Assembly (NCBI RefSeq): GCF_035084215.1
Contig: NC_090355.1
Coordinates: 34,472,001 to 34,536,000 of the forward strand
Direction: 5' to 3'
DNA length: 64,000 bases
From: Heptranchias perlo
Taxonomy: Eukaryota
In this document: positions 23,506 to 37,300 of the stretch, in pieces
How positions within the stretch are numbered: the first letter of the stretch is position 1
Layout of the letters: each line of letters opens with the position of its first letter
The notes under the pieces: model-generated
Seen by the model: only the letters and a program-made list of their open reading frames with translations
Databases searched by the model: none
Told to the model about the DNA's origin: nothing
Program-made: the position numbers and the translations under genes

Positions 23506-24631
23506 GTAAGAAACGGTGTATTGGAGGGAGAATGCTGGACAGTGAGGAGTGCACCAAGTCCCATTCACCCATCACCCCACTGTGCTCGCTGACCGACATT
23601 GGCTCCCGGTCTGGCAAAGCTTCGATTTTAAAATTCTCTTCCTCATGTTCAAATCCCTCCGTGGCCTCGCCTCGCTCCTCCCTATATCTGTAACCTCCTC
23701 CAGCCCCTACAATCCTCCGAGATCGCAGCGCTCCTCCAATTCCGGCCTCTTGCGCATCCTCGATTTCCATCGCTCCACCGTTGGCGGCCGTGCCTCCAGC
23801 TGCCTGGGCCCTAAGCTCTGGAATTACCTCCCTAAACCCCTCCTCCTTTAACACGCTCCTTTTAAAACCGTATGTGTCTCAGTGTCAAATTTTTTCTGGT
23901 TATGCTCCTGTGAAGCGCCTTGGGACGTTAAAGGCCCTATATAAAGGCATGGTGTTGCATGAGGGGAACATATAAATGGAACCCCAGAAATCTGTTGAGG
24001 ATTGCCACGCACTCGAGGGACACGGGCTCAAGCTTAGAAACGGGAAGGTGCATCGACCGTTTAGAGTTAACTACTTTTCGCATTTGGAATGGACTGCCCA
24101 GAGAGCCAGATAGTGGAAAAATTTCAAGGAGAATTGAATAGATATTCAAGGGAGTGGAAGATTTGAGGGATCTTAGCTTATAAAGAAAGAAAGAACTTGC
24201 ATTTATGTGACGCCTTTTACGACATCCCAAAGCGCTTTACAGCCAGTGAAGTAATTTTCGAAGTGTAGTCACTGTTGTAATGTAGGAAACGTGGCTACCA
24301 ATTTGCACACAGCAAGATCCCACAAACAGCAATGTGACAAATGACCAGATCGTCTGTTTTAGTGATGATGGTTGAGGGATAAATGATGGCCCCAGGACAC
24401 CGGGGTGGGGGGGGGGGGGCACGTGGGGAAACAAGGGCTAGACGAGGGTTTGAGCAGCAGATGGGCTGGGGCAGACGATATTACGGAGGTGGAAGTAGGC
24501 GGACGTACATATTTTTATGTGTAATAACCAGTTGAACGAATTGACTGTGCGTGCGTTCTCAGAAGCTGACCTGAATAATTCGGGCATGGGTGCCTTGTGA
24601 TTGACGCCTGTTCGTACATTTTATGCTTCAG

Positions 24632-24792
24632 CAAGAGCAGAGCATCAAGCCGCAGTTTTTTGCCTTCCGCTGGCTCACGCTGCTACTGTCCCAGGAATTC
24701 CTCCTTCCCGACGTCATCCGAATATGGGATTCCCTCTTTTCAGACATCGACAGGTTCGATTTCCTCATCCTGGTCTGCTGCGCCATGCTGAT
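24632..24792 (+). CDS. TBC1D13: TBC1D13 exon 10
   Basis: QEQSIKPQFFAFRWLTLLLSQEFLLPDVIRIWDSLFSDIDRFDFLILVCCAML; cAG / GTAAGT. Confidence 0.96.
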
Positions 24793-24841
24793 GTAAGTAG
24801 CAAAACTCACGGCCTTACTGGTGTTGGTGAAAAATCAGGGG

Positions 24842-25260
24842 AACGTAGGAACAGGAGGAGGCCCTTCAGCCCCTCGAACCTGTTCCGCCATTCGGTTATC
24901 ATGGCTGATCTAAATCTTAACTCCATTTACCCGCCTTGGTTCCGTAACCCTTAATCCCCTTACCCAACAATAATCTATCAATCTCAGGTTTGAAATTTTC
25001 AATTGACCCCCAACCTCAACAGCTTTTTGGGGGAGAGTGTTCAAGATTTCCACTCCCTTTTGTGCGAAGAAGTGCTTCCTGACATCACCCCTGAACGGCC
25101 GAGCTCTAATTTTAAGGTTATGCCCACTTGTTCTGGACTCCCCCCATCCCGAGGAAATAGTTTCTCTCTATCCACCCTATCAAACCCTTTAATCATCTTA
25201 AACACATCAATTAGATCACCCCTTAATCTTCTATACTTGAGGGAATACAGGCCTAGTCTG
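24842..25260 (-). mobile_element. CR1 LINE 3' fragment
   Basis: Same family as 1535-2260 and 10325-10875. Confidence 0.85.
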
Positions 25261-25650
25261 TAAAAGTTGGGGAGTCCCAGGGTTGTTTGTCATTCAAATT
25301 CGTAGTATTGCCTGGCCTGTTTTATCAGAAGTTCGCTCATGTTACCCACTAAGATAGACGCTGGGCTGGCGAGAGCAGATTGTGAAGGAATTGAGTCTCA
25401 GGACTGTCTGATCTAAAAAAAATAATAGCACTTTATATATTGCGGATTCACTTTAGCAGCTACTTTATTTTGGGGAGCAGCAGCCAGAATAACGGCATGT
25501 AGAATTGTAGAGCACAGAAGGAGGCCATTCGGCCCATCATACCTCTGTTGGGTCTTTGAAAGAGCTAACCAATTAGTCCCACTTGCTCCTGCTTTTTCCC
25601 CATAGCCCTGCAAATTTCTCCTTTTCAAGCATCTTCCCAATCCAATCTGT

Positions 25651-26100
25651 GTGTCAGCCATGGCTCAGTGGGTAGCCTACTCTCGCTTCTGAGTCAGAAG
25701 GTTGTGGGTTCAAGTCCCACTCCAGAGAGTTGAGCCCATAACCCAGGCTGACACACCCAGTGCCAGTACTGTGCTGCACTGTTGGAGGTGCCATCTTTCA
25801 GATGAGATGTTAACCCGAGGCCCTCTTAGGTCGATGTAAAAATCCCAGGGCGCTGTTTTGAAGAAGAGTTCTCCCTGGTGTCCTGGCCGATATTTATTTC
25901 TCAACCGCTATCATTAAAAACAGATTATCTGGTCATTATCACGTTGCTGTTTGTGGGATCTTGCTGTGCCCAAATTGGCTGCCGCGTTTCCTGCATTGCA
26001 ACAGTGACTACGTTTCAAAAAGTGCTTCATTGGCTGTAAATTGCTTTGGGACGTCCTGAGGTGTGAAAGGCATTATATAAATGCAAGATCTATCTTTTCT
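25651..26100 (+). mobile_element. Same SINE family, full length (others: ~510-665 +, ~1012-1165 -, ~5625-5975 -, ~18070-18295 -, ~24185-24400 -, ~28720-29080 +, ~54030-54318 +, ~55625-56080 +, ~57720-58045 +)
   Basis: tggctcagtgggtag...ggttcaagtcccactccag...; shared core and tail. Confidence 0.85.
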
Positions 26101-26509
26101 TCCCTTTTTGAAAGTTACTATTGAATCCGCTTCCACCGCCCTTTCAGGCAGTGCATTCCAGACCTGTGCAGTTGTTTTTAAGTTGCCATTTGCGACTCTG
26201 CCTCTGACTTCAGCGCTTTCCCGAACGGTGGCGAAGTTTTTGAAGTGTGACAGAACAATTTGTATATCTGGCAGATGCGTCTCAAGATATTTGATGTACG
26301 AAAGAATCTCCTTTGGTGTTGCTCACAGTGAGTGAGAGGGCGGCACTGTGAATTGTCAAGATGGGAATGTTTATACCACGTGAAATAGAACGTAGGTGTG
26401 TGTGGCTTTAAGGCTCCGCATTCTTGAAATGACTGTTGGGGTCGATTGCAGGTCAGGCTCTGGATGAAAACCCTGGGTTTGTTTCACAGACAATTAACAA
26501 GCTGGAGAT

Positions 26510-27003
26510 TCCATAAACTTGAGCTCGTCCAAAACTCTGCTGCCCCGTATCCTAACTCGCACCAAGTCACATTCACCCATCGCCCCCTGTGCTCGCTGAC
26601 CTACATTGGCTCCCGATCCGGGAACGCCTCGATTTTAAAATTCTCATCCTTGTTCTCAAATCCCTCCGTGGCCCTCGCCCCTCCCTCTCTCTGTAACCTC
26701 CTACAACCCTCCGATCTCTGCGCTCCTCCAATTCTGGCCTCTAGCGCAACCCCGATTTTCATCGCTCCACCATTGGCGGCCGTGCCTCCAGCTGCCAAGG
26801 CCCTAAGCTCTGGAATTCCCTCCCTAAACCTCTCCTCCTTTAAGACGCTCCTTAAAACCTACCTCTTTGACCAAGCTTTTTGCCACCTGTCCTAATATCT
26901 CCTTATGTGGCTCGGTGTCAAATTTTGTTTGATAATCGCTCCTGTGAAGAGCCTTGGGGTGTTTTTACTACATTAAAGGCACTATATAAATGCAAGTTGT
27001 TGT
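26510..27003 (+). mobile_element. L2-clade LINE 3' end (other copies ~7790-8090 -, ~9165-9982 +, ~11235-11670 -, ~16880-17193 +, ~23548-23950 +, ~28235-28710 +, ~29790-30342 +, ~37060-37470 +, ~39092-39430 +)
   Basis: KLELVQNSAA..., remnants of HWLP/FKIL, IGGRAFS, LWNSLP, FKTLLKTYLF; tail tgtgaagcgccttggg...ctatataaatgcaagttgttg. Confidence 0.9.
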
Positions 27004-27397
27004 TTGAGACATTGTAGAACCGATATATTCTTAGAGAGACCGAGAACTGAAACACAGCATTTTAAGAGTGGTTTTTATGTACGAAAGAGAGTGGAATGTC
27101 GGAGGTGGAAAGTGCAAAATATCCTAACTTTAAGAATCAATGTTTAAGGTTCCAACGTTCCCACAGCTCACGTGGAGCTGTTCGATTTTTGTAATTTACT
27201 TGGTTTTGAGAAATGCGGACTGGGATTCAACCAATATAATCTGCCAATCGGTGGTAAATATATTTGGATAGATTTAAATAACTTTGGATATCATAAATTT
27301 GACTGTGATTAAGAGCGAGTGGTGGGAAGAGTGCGCTGGACAAGATTTTTTTAATCGATCACTGCATGTTAATGACAGCTGTCTGTTTTTCTTGTAG

Positions 27398-27455
27398 TTT
27401 GATTCGGGATCAGCTGCTTGCTGGAGACTTCACTATAAACATGAGGCTGCTACAG
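27398..27455 (+). CDS. TBC1D13: TBC1D13 exon 11
   Basis: LIRDQLLAGDFTINMRLLQ; tAG / GTGAGG. Confidence 0.95.
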
Positions 27456-29081
27456 GTGAGGCAATTTCATCCTATTAAAGATATAATCACATTATAAAAT
27501 TACATTTGAGATTCTCTAGGTTTTCAATGACGCAACAAAATAGGTTTGATGCCAGAATGTATCCTGCTTCTTTAGATGGTGTCGTATCTGCAAGTTCCTC
27601 CCTAGGAGAACAGTGGAAGGACTCGCAGGCTGATTAACAGTCTGACAGGCCGTGACGTGAACGCTGCTTCCATGGCCATAACCATCTTTATACCGGCCGA
27701 TAGTGGGGGGGTTAGTGCTATACGGTGGGAGGGCCTTATGGGCTCCCACAACCTATACAATGGGGGGGGGGGGGGAGCCACCCACACCCACCAGTCATGA
27801 GTATCCAGCTGGACATCATTCCAGAGCCGGGGCTCTTGCCTTCACTCGCCGGAGCTGTCTGGAGTGGGTTTGACCTTTTGACTCGGCCAAAGGCGCTCTC
27901 TGTTACCTTACTGAGGAGGTATGAGCTGCACCCAGCACAAACACTTGCCTCTTTTTGTAGCGCTCAATGCGCTGCTGCAGCTGGCAGTCCTGACCTTGGT
28001 GGCACAATAAAGTAACTGCTGCCTCCAAACGCCCTGAGATCCACCTGCAGAGGCGGTTTCTACAAGCACCCCTGGAGGTAGTGCTGTCTCCATCGCTGGA
28101 AGTGCAGGGAGCCATGGTTTCTGTCCACTGGTGGCTGAAGAACTTTAGCCTGCCAGTACAGGCTAGAGCATCATGAATGTTGTGCTCGCTTCCCTTTTAT
28201 TGTGATCTCCCCCAGACACTGGGAACGTCTCCGCCCCTGCCTCAGCTCATCTGTGCCTTTGTTACCTTCAGACTCGACTATTCTAATGCTCTCAAGCTGG
28301 CCTCCCATCTCCCACCCTCCGTAAACTTGAGCTCATCCAAAACTTGCGTCCTAACTCACACCAAGTCCTGTTCACCCATCACCACTGTGCTCACTGACCG
28401 ACATTGGCTCCTGGTCTGGGAATGCCTCGATTTTAAAATTCTCATCCTTGTGTTCAAATCCCTCTTGGTGCATCCCTGATTTCCTTCATTCCACCATTGG
28501 CGGCCGTGCCTTCAGCCGTCTAGGCCCTAAGCCCGGAATTTCCTCCCTAAACCTCTCCACCTCTCTCTCCTCCTTTAAGACCCTCTTTAAAACCTCCCTC
28601 TTTGACCAAGCTTTTGGTCATCTGTCCTAATATCTCCTTACGTGGCTTGGTGTCAAATTTTTGTCTGCGAACGCGCCTGTGAAGCGCCTTGAGATGTTTT
28701 ACTATGTTACAAGTGTCTGTTTGGCTCAGCTGGTGGCACTGTCACTTTTGAATCAGAAACCTCACTCCAGGAGTTGAACACAGGCTGACATTTCAGTGCA
28801 GTACTGAGGGAATGCTGCACTGCCAAGGCCGCTTTCAGATGAGACATTGAATAAAGCCATGGGATCGTTTACATCCACCCGAAGAAGAGCAGGGCAGTTC
28901 TCCCAGCATCTTGGCCAATAATCAACCAGCAACCAACATCTCATTCGTCTTGTCCTGTTTGTGGGATTTTGCGTGCAAATTGGCTGCCGCGTTTACCTAC
29001 ATAACGACAGTGACAACACTTCAAAAAGTAATTGGCTGTAAACTGAGGATGTGAAAGGCAATATATAAATGCAAGTCTTTC

Positions 29082-29685
29082 TTTAGGGATACTTGGCTTT
29101 GTAAACAGGAGCATTGAATACAAAAACAAGGAAGTCATACTAAACCTTTACAAATCACTGGTTAGGCCTCAGCTGAAGTATTGTGTACAATTCCGGTCAC
29201 CACATTTTAGGAAGGATGTTGTGGTCTGGAGAGGGTACAGAAGAGGTTGACCAGGGATGAGGGACTTCAGTTATGTGGCGAGATTGAGGAAGCCGCCATT
29301 GTTCTCCGAGCAGAGACGGTTAAGGGGAGACCTAATAGTCATTCCAAATTATGAGGGGTTTTGATAGAGCGAGTAGGGAGAAACTGTTTCGTCTGGCAAG
29401 TGGGTCGGTGACCAGAGGTCAAAATCATTGGCAAAAGAACTAGAGGGGAAATGAGAATTTTTCTCACAGAGGGTTGTTAAGATCTGGAATGCACTCCCTG
29501 AAAGGGTGATGGAAGCAGATTCCATTGGAACTTTCAAAAGGCAATTGGACATGCACTTGAAGAGGACTAATTTGCAGGGTTATGGGGAAAAAGCTGGGGT
29601 GTGGGACTAAATTAGACATCTTTCAAAGAGCCAGCATAGGAACGACGGGCCGAATGGCCTCCTGTCCTGTAAGTATCTATGATTA
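29082..29685 (+). mobile_element. CR1 LINE 3' fragment
   Basis: LYKSLVRPQLKYCVQF remnant and CR1 tail. Confidence 0.8.
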
Positions 29686-32631
29686 TTTTTATCTAGCCAG
29701 CTGAAAGGATGACCATCAGAAAAATAATTCTGCCGTGGTACAGTTCCTGTGCGTGAAATCGGCAGAAGTCTGCAACATCGCCCTCACCTCCGCCCCTTCC
29801 CACTGCCACACTATTGTCATCTCTAGACTCCATTTCTCCAATGTCCTCCTTGTCCACCTCCCTCTTCCGCCCACCTCCTGGTCCATGCTGAGTGCCCTTG
29901 CCCGTCATTTCCCCTCCACCCCGCAGTCTCGCTGACCTACACTGGTCCCCTGTCCTTGTCTTCAAATCCCTCCATGTCCGTGCCCCACTGTATCTTTGCA
30001 ACTTCCCTCAGCCTTGCATCCCTTCCCGTGCCCTCCACCTCCAGCGTTCTGTGCGTCCTCCCCTCCCAACATTGGTGGTGGAGCCTTCAGCTGCCTGACC
30101 CCACATTCTCGAACCCCCTCCCTTAACCCTTTCCACCTCTCCACTTCTCTCCAGCTATAAAAAACCTTCTCAAAGCCAATCATTTCAACCAAGCTTTTGA
30201 TGACCTCTCCTAACTCTCCCATTTAGGCTAAGTGTTCTGTCCCTTTATTCCTTTTATCTATTTGTTAAATTACCCTCCTCCTTAACACACCTTTATACTG
30301 TTACCATGTTAAAGGCACTCTGTACATGCCAGTTATTGTTGCTGTCCAACGGGTCCTGTATTAGACTGGATTTGTCCAGATTTCTCCCACCATTAGCCTG
30401 TCCCTCTGGAGCTTTCAGTTTGGTTTCAGTTTACTGGAGAAAATTGGAAAGGATTTGATCTCCAACGACGCAGTACTGTTGGTGCAAAGAGTTGTGATTT
30501 CTGCTGCTGGATGTGGGTAGTGACTGGATTTCCAACCCATGGTGTTGTCTAAAGCCAGTGAAATGGTGATGTAGTTGTGTTGTAAGGTGCCAGCGCCGCG
30601 GTTAGTGCTGTAAGGGGCTGTGCCACTGCGGAAGTGGGTTCTTGCCTGTAGTTCCCGTAATAGCCAGTTTCCAACACCAGCCAAACACTCAAAAGGGAAG
30701 GTAGTTGACCAGAGACCTGTTGTTCAGGCACAAGCGATTCCCGGTAAGCAAGTTATCCCCAGTCAACTCTTGGACGCTGGCTGGTTGGCAAGCAGCCTTG
30801 GTGGAGGAGTCTTAGGAGCAGGCTGATGTGAGAAGATATTTTTTAATTCATTTTCGGGGTGTGGGCATCGCTGGCAAGGCTGGCATTTATTACCCACCCC
30901 TGGTCGCCCTTGAGACAGAGGTGGCGAGCCGCCTTCTTGAACCACTGCAGTCTGTGTGGTGAAGGTGCTCCCACAGTGCTGTTAGGTCAGGGAGTTTCCA
31001 GAATTTTGACCCAGTGACGATGAAGGAACAACCGATATATGCCCAGGACAGGATGGTGTGTGACTTGGAGGTGATGGTGTTCCCATGGACTTGTTGCCCT
31101 TGTCCTTCTAGGTGATGGAAGTCACGGGTTTGGGAGGTGCTGTCAAAGAAGCCTTGGCGAGTTGCTGCAGTGCATCACGTAGATGGTACACGCTGCAGCC
31201 ACGGTGCGCGGGTGGTGGCGGTGATGGACGGGCTGCCGATCAAGCGGACTGCTTTGTCCTGGATGGTGTCAAGCTTCTTAAGTGTTGTCTGGTGTGTGAC
31301 CTAAAAATGAGAGATTAACAATGGAGGGAGCGGGGAAACAGTGTAGCTCTCAGATGCACCAAGATGTGCAATGGAGTGGGGGAGCTTGGATTCGCACCAG
31401 GTGCCCATTACATGCTGGCTCCCAGTCCGTGCCATGGTGGAGCTCTGATCAGGGATTGGAGGGAGCTGTTGCACACTCACCTGCTGGTCAGTTTGAGACT
31501 GGCCAAGGTGTGGCAACAGGAATAACCTCAGCCTGAGAATCGGAGGTGGGAGTGGATAAACCAGGAAAAAGGAGGAAAGTGTGATAAAATACCTTTTTAA
31601 AAAGGAGGGAGTCTGAACCAGAACAAAAAATGAGATGGGGGAGGAAAGTTAGGTTTAAGGTTAGTTAAAGTTGCTATTGGATGAAGTCTAAAAGTGAATC
31701 TCAACACCCCTGAACTGAGATTCTGGTCTGAAGTTTGTATCTTGAGTGATATTTCACCTTGTATGATTACACTGCAGATAAGAGAAGTGACTTGTACTTA
31801 AAATCATTTGGATTTAAGTGAGTTTGTGGCGTTTACCTTTTGCTTATTCTGTTGTGCTATATGTATATAAACCGTAAAATTTTTAGAGCAAGTGATTTCC
31901 TTAAACCTACAGAGAATATTGCAGTGTCCCAAAACAGATTGAGAAACCAGGGTGGGTACGCCAGTGTAATTTTACCAGCTGTGTCTACCTTGCTTACCAG
32001 ATGTTGGTAGCAGCTCCAGTACAGCCTTCGTTTGTAATCCGAAAACGATCTGTACAATTGCGGGGGTGGGGGGAAGATTTGTGGCCTCAATCTCATGGGG
32101 TGGGGGAGGTGAAATGTTGGTAAACTCCTTCTCAAAAGTTATTTCTTAGTTTCACAGTCATAGTAAAAAAACGGCCATATCGTCCTAAATGTGTGTTTAT
32201 ATATTATAGAATGATTTTGTGTCAAGTCATGCAACAAATCCACTCCCTATAAAGGGGAATCTGCTAGTTAACAATCGGAAATGTTAGTTAGGATCATTTT
32301 TCTCCCTCTTTCTTCCCTATTTTTAAATTCCCCTCCGTTCTGTCTTCCTTCAAACACTTCATGTTGCCTTTGTTTCTCCGATGTCTTTGCTGCTGGAAGG
32401 TGGTGACTTTTTTTTAAACTGCCGATCTGTCGTACACCTTTACCTGTCACCTCACCAGGTCAAAAACATGTTTAGTCAGACCTTTAGTGACCTGCTGTCC
32501 TCAGACCTGTTTAACGTGAGCTTGCCAAGATCTCTGTCCTGTTTCTCCATAACTTAATAATGTCGTACTGGATTTTTACAAAACCTCAACCTATAACTTT
32601 CTCTCATCAAAAATGGACGTACTTCATACTG

Positions 32632-32965
32632 GAGTTTGTGTGTCTCTGCGTGCATGTGCTTGTCTGTCTGCCTTTGCCTGTGTGTGTGACTGTTCTTTCT
32701 GTCTCAGTCTCTGCCTGTGTGTGGCTATCTGCCTTTGCCTGTGTGTATCTGTGTGTATGACTGTTCTTTCTGTCTCAGTCTCTGCCTGTGTGTGTCTGTC
32801 TGCCTTTGCCTGTGTGCGTCTGTGTGTCTGCCTGTATGTTTGTCTATCTTTGCCTGTGTGTGTGTCTGTTTGCCTGTCTCACTCTCTGCTTGTGTGTGTT
32901 TGTCTACCTGTGCATATGTCTGTCTTTGCCTGTGTGTATCAGTCTGTCTCTGCCTGTCTGTGCAT
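32632..32965 (+). repeat. Degenerate (TG/TC)n low-complexity tract with an internal ~70-bp tandem duplication
   Basis: tgactgttctttctgtctcagtctctgcctgtgtgtg occurs twice. Confidence 0.85.
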
Positions 32966-33500
32966 ACTCCTATTACTCCCATGTCCGACTTGTCACCTCA
33001 ATAAGTTTCCTATTCTCATGAACAAAATGATTCTATTTTCATCAAACTTGATAAGTGACTTCCTCTCATCAGACACTGGGTTCCTTTCGAAAGGCAGCAC
33101 GCTGGGAAGTATCTTTGTGTCCCATCTCCAGAGAGCAGGTGGGGGATTTCACTGTCCAAAAGCACCAGTATTTGGTGAGTATTAGAAATCTCTATAATGT
33201 GACTTTTCAAAAAGGCCATTGCGGGGGAGGAGGGGGGGCGCGGAATCTCGAGCATTTTATAGTTTGCTGATGCTTTGACGAGGGTGGGAGAGATACGTCT
33301 TTCACAACTGAAGTGCGTTGATAGTTTCTCCTTTTGTGTAATGTCTACCTCACTTTCATTTGGCTCAAATTTCAAAAAATAATAGACTCGGCAAACTTTA
33401 ATAAATCGAGCACTTAAACAAAAGCACAATACTGCGGATGCTGGAAATCTGAAATAAAAACAGAAAATGTTGGAAATACTCCATGTCAGGCAACATCTAA

Positions 33501-33947
33501 AGAAAGACTTGCATTTATACAACAACTTTCACAACCTCAGGGCGACCCAAAGCTCTTTACAGCCAATTAGGTACTTCTGAAGTGCAATCACTGTTGTAAT
33601 ATAGGAATCGCGGCAGCCAATTTGCACACAGCAAGTTCCCACAAGCAGCAATGTGATAATGACCAGGTAATTTGTTTTAGTGGTGTTGGTTGAGGAATAA
33701 ATATTGGTCAGGACACAGGAGAACTCCCAAGCTCTTCGAAGTAGTGCCATGGGATCTTTTACGCCACTTGAGAGAGCAGACGGGGCCTCGGTTTAACGTC
33801 TCATCTGAAAGATAACACCTCCGACAGTACTTCCTGCACTCCCTCTGTACTGCACTGGAGTGTCGGCCTGGATTATGTGCTCTGGAGCGGGATTTGAACC
33901 CACAACCTTCTGACTCAGCGGCGAGAGTGCTACCCACTGAGCCACAG
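33501..33947 (-). mobile_element. Same SINE family, full length, antisense
   Basis: Reverse complement of the A box, B box, core and tail. Confidence 0.85.
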
Positions 33948-33964
33948 AGAGAAACATGGTCGTT

Positions 33965-34465
33965 TTCTTCTGATAGCTGTGGGAGTCGGTGGGCTTGTAG
34001 ACATTGATGGGCAGCCTATCCCCAGAAATGGAGATGTAGAAGGGGCGGGAAGAGTTGGAGATGGACCACGTGAAGACGAGGAAGGGGGCGGAGGTTAGAA
34101 GCAAAGTTGATGGCATTTTCCAGTTCGGGGAGAGCAGGAAGAGGCACTGATACAGTCATCAATGTACCAGAGAAAGAGGTGAGGGAGGGGACCAGAGTAA
34201 GACTGGAACAAAGAGTGTGCCATGTATCAAAAAGGCAGTCCTATACAGGTTCCCATAGCGCCACCTTTTATTTGGAGGAAGTGAGTAGCGTGAAAGGAAA
34301 AGTTGCTCAATGTGAGAAGTTTGGTCAGGCGGAGGAGGGTGGTGGTGGATGGGGATTGGTTGGGCCTCCGTTCAAGGTAGAAGGTGGACGGCCCAACTCT
34401 TGTTTCTCTCTTCACAGATGCTGCCTGACTTGTTGAGTGTTGACAGCATTTCCTGTTTTTATCTG
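33965..34465 (-). mobile_element. Degenerate Penelope-like RT fragment of a second family, with inverted terminal piece (~34395-34465 on +)
   Basis: Minus-strand remnants RLTKLLTLSNFSF..HFLQIKGGAMGT, FTWSIS, YKPTDSHSY; adjacent plus-strand tail tttctctcttcacagatgctgcctgac. Confidence 0.75.
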
Positions 34466-36479
34466 TAATAACGTTTGTCAGTAGTAATATGCAGCTGTGT
34501 CTCCAGCACTTATGCATCAATCACAGCTTCAGACAGGTACTTCACCAGTAGGTCTAGGAGCCTGACTTGTGCACCAGTATGATCCTGAGTGTGTTTAACA
34601 CCACTTTCTAGTTCCTGTCGTTAGTCCAGATGTGTTAACACACAACTGGTGTTTATACAGGGATGGGAACTGGGACAATCACACACTTTACCTGAGCACG
34701 CCTCTGTTCTGTAGAGCCACACAAAGATTTGGCAGAGAAACAGCTCAGAAAGGACAGCAACACGTCCAACAAGAGTCGATAGGAATTTATTCCTGTGGAA
34801 ATGAAGCTGTTCTGGGGAAAGCTGGCTGAAAAAAAAATATTTTCTTTTAAAATTGCCGTCTACAATCACTAACTTGTCACCTCAGTGATTTTTTTTTTAA
34901 AGGAAGATTTTCACTGTTGCCTCTTCTTAAGCGTAGGATTTTCTCGTACAGGCTGAAGAAGTGTCCAACTCATTAGTACCTGTCTTTCATAGAATTATAG
35001 AATGGTTATAGCACGGAAGGAGGCCATTCGGCCCATCGAGTCCATGCCGGCTCTCTGCAAGAGCAATTCAGTTAGTTCCATTCCCCCACTCCATCCCCCA
35101 TCTCAATAGAATATTATTTACAATCATACATCCGGCACACTCCCTGTCAATTTTTCCTATTATGTATTCCTGTCTCCGCATTTATAGTTGCAACTGCATA
35201 TGTAAACGTCACGCTATAATTGCGCACTCTGCCAGTGGAGATGCTGCAGTGCCACCACTGGTGGGAGGATGTAATTACAGTGTGACAAGTTCACATAGGC
35301 ATTTACTATTATAAACGCGGACATAGGAATTTATAATGGAAATATAAAAATAAGGACAAAAGGAATGACTCAAACGGGGACTCAATTATGTCTGCAATCC
35401 CTGGTCCAATTATCCCCCACCTTCTATCCCCACTGCCTCTGAAGACTGCACTTGGTCTCGCATCCCTGTATGCGATGCGGGAGATCAAATAATATTTTTT
35501 AAATCTTAAGACCGCGTGCACTTTACCATTATAAATTCCTCTGTTTTCATTTATGGTGTAAACTTGTCAGAGTTTAAATAAACTCTGACAAGATTACATT
35601 GTAAATGTGAACATTTCATCCACTAGATAGAGTTTCTCGAGTTCCGGATGCTGCAGGTAATCCCCATAGTGATACCCACTAATGTACTCTGAGGGAAGTG
35701 TGCTTTATCTTGATTTTCTGTGAGCAATGCCAGGGGAGATCCACCGGCTTTCACAATCACTAACATTTAGATATTGTTTAAATAAGTTGGAACATTTGTA
35801 TTTATAGCATTGCTCACTTTGTTTCAATTAAATTTTGCAAGGGGGCGGAGCTCACTATTTATTCAAGTCAAATCAAACTGTCCTTTTCACGTGGATTTTT
35901 AATACCATTTGCACATCTTTGTCCCTATCTAAATCCGTAATTATCGGACATTCCCATGTGTAAATTGGTTGCCGCGTTTCTTACATTACAACAGCGACTA
36001 CACTTCAAAAATACTTCATTGGCTGTAAAGCGCTTTGGGGCACCCTGAAGTCGTGAAAGATGCTGAATAAATGCTGGTGTTTATGCTCCACATGAGCTTC
36101 CTCCCACTCCTCTTCATCTCACCCTATCACTGTATCCTTCTATTCCTTTCTCCCTCATGTGCTTATCTAGTTTCCCCTTAAATACATCAATGCTATTTGC
36201 CTCAACTACTCCTTGTGGTAGCGACTTCCACATTCTCACCACTCTCTGGGTAAAGAAGTTTCTCCTGAATTCCCTATTGGATTTATTAGGTGGCTATCTT
36301 TTTATATTCATGGTTCTGGTCTCCCCCACAAGTGGAAACATCTTCGCTACGTCTACCGTATCAAACCCCTTCATAATCTTAAAGACCTCTATCAGGTTGT
36401 ATTTTATTTTATTCCTCTGTACTAGATTTTTCAAGGGAGTTGTGTTAAGATAGATTCCGTTTGGTTAGAGCTGAGGAAT

Positions 36480-37267
36480 AGGAAGAAAAATGGTCCATAA
36501 TAGGCCACCAAACAGCAGAGATTAGATAGCGGAGGGAGATCGGCATTCAGTCCAGGGAGATGATATTCGGTGATTTAACTATCCCAAGATGGACTGGGAT
36601 AAAAGTAGTGCGTGTGGTCACAATTTCTAGAATACATGCAGGAGTGCTTCCTTGATCAGAATGGAAGAAGCGTGGCTTCGTTTAACCCTGGGAAATGAAG
36701 TGGGGCCAATAACGGTGTTGAGTAGGAGAAGAATTGAGAAATAGCAACCACAACATAAGGTCAATGTGAGAATGGAAAAGGATAATAAACAGTCAAAGGT
36801 GACTGCGCTGGACTGCGAAAGGATAAAGTTCAGTGAGATGAGAGGGGATCTGGCCAAAATTTAGCTAAAAGGGCAATGGTTCAGCAGTGGGGAACCTCCA
36901 AATATCAGATGGATTGAGTACAAAATAAATTTGCTGATGACACAAAGGTAGGGTGGGGAGGTTGAAAAACAGTGAGGAGGATTGTAATACTACACAACTG
37001 TGACTGCACTACAAAAGTACTTAATTGTAAAGCGCTTTCAGACGTCCTGAGATCGTGAAAGTTGGCTCCCGGTCCAGTAATGCCTCAATTTCAAAATTCT
37101 CATCCTTGCGTTCAAATCCCTCCCTATCTCTAACCTCCTCCAGCCCTACAACCCTCTGCACTCCTGGCCTCTTGCACATCCCTGATTTTCATCGCTCCAC
37201 CATTGGCGGCTGTGCCTTCAGCTGCCTAGGCCTTAAGTTCTGGAATTCCCTCCCTAAACCTCTCCAC

Positions 37268-37300
<33 letters not shown>

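Noticed and set aside
32613-33185. Cys/Val/Leu-rich 190-aa ORF
   Set aside because: Translation of a TG/TC low-complexity tract.
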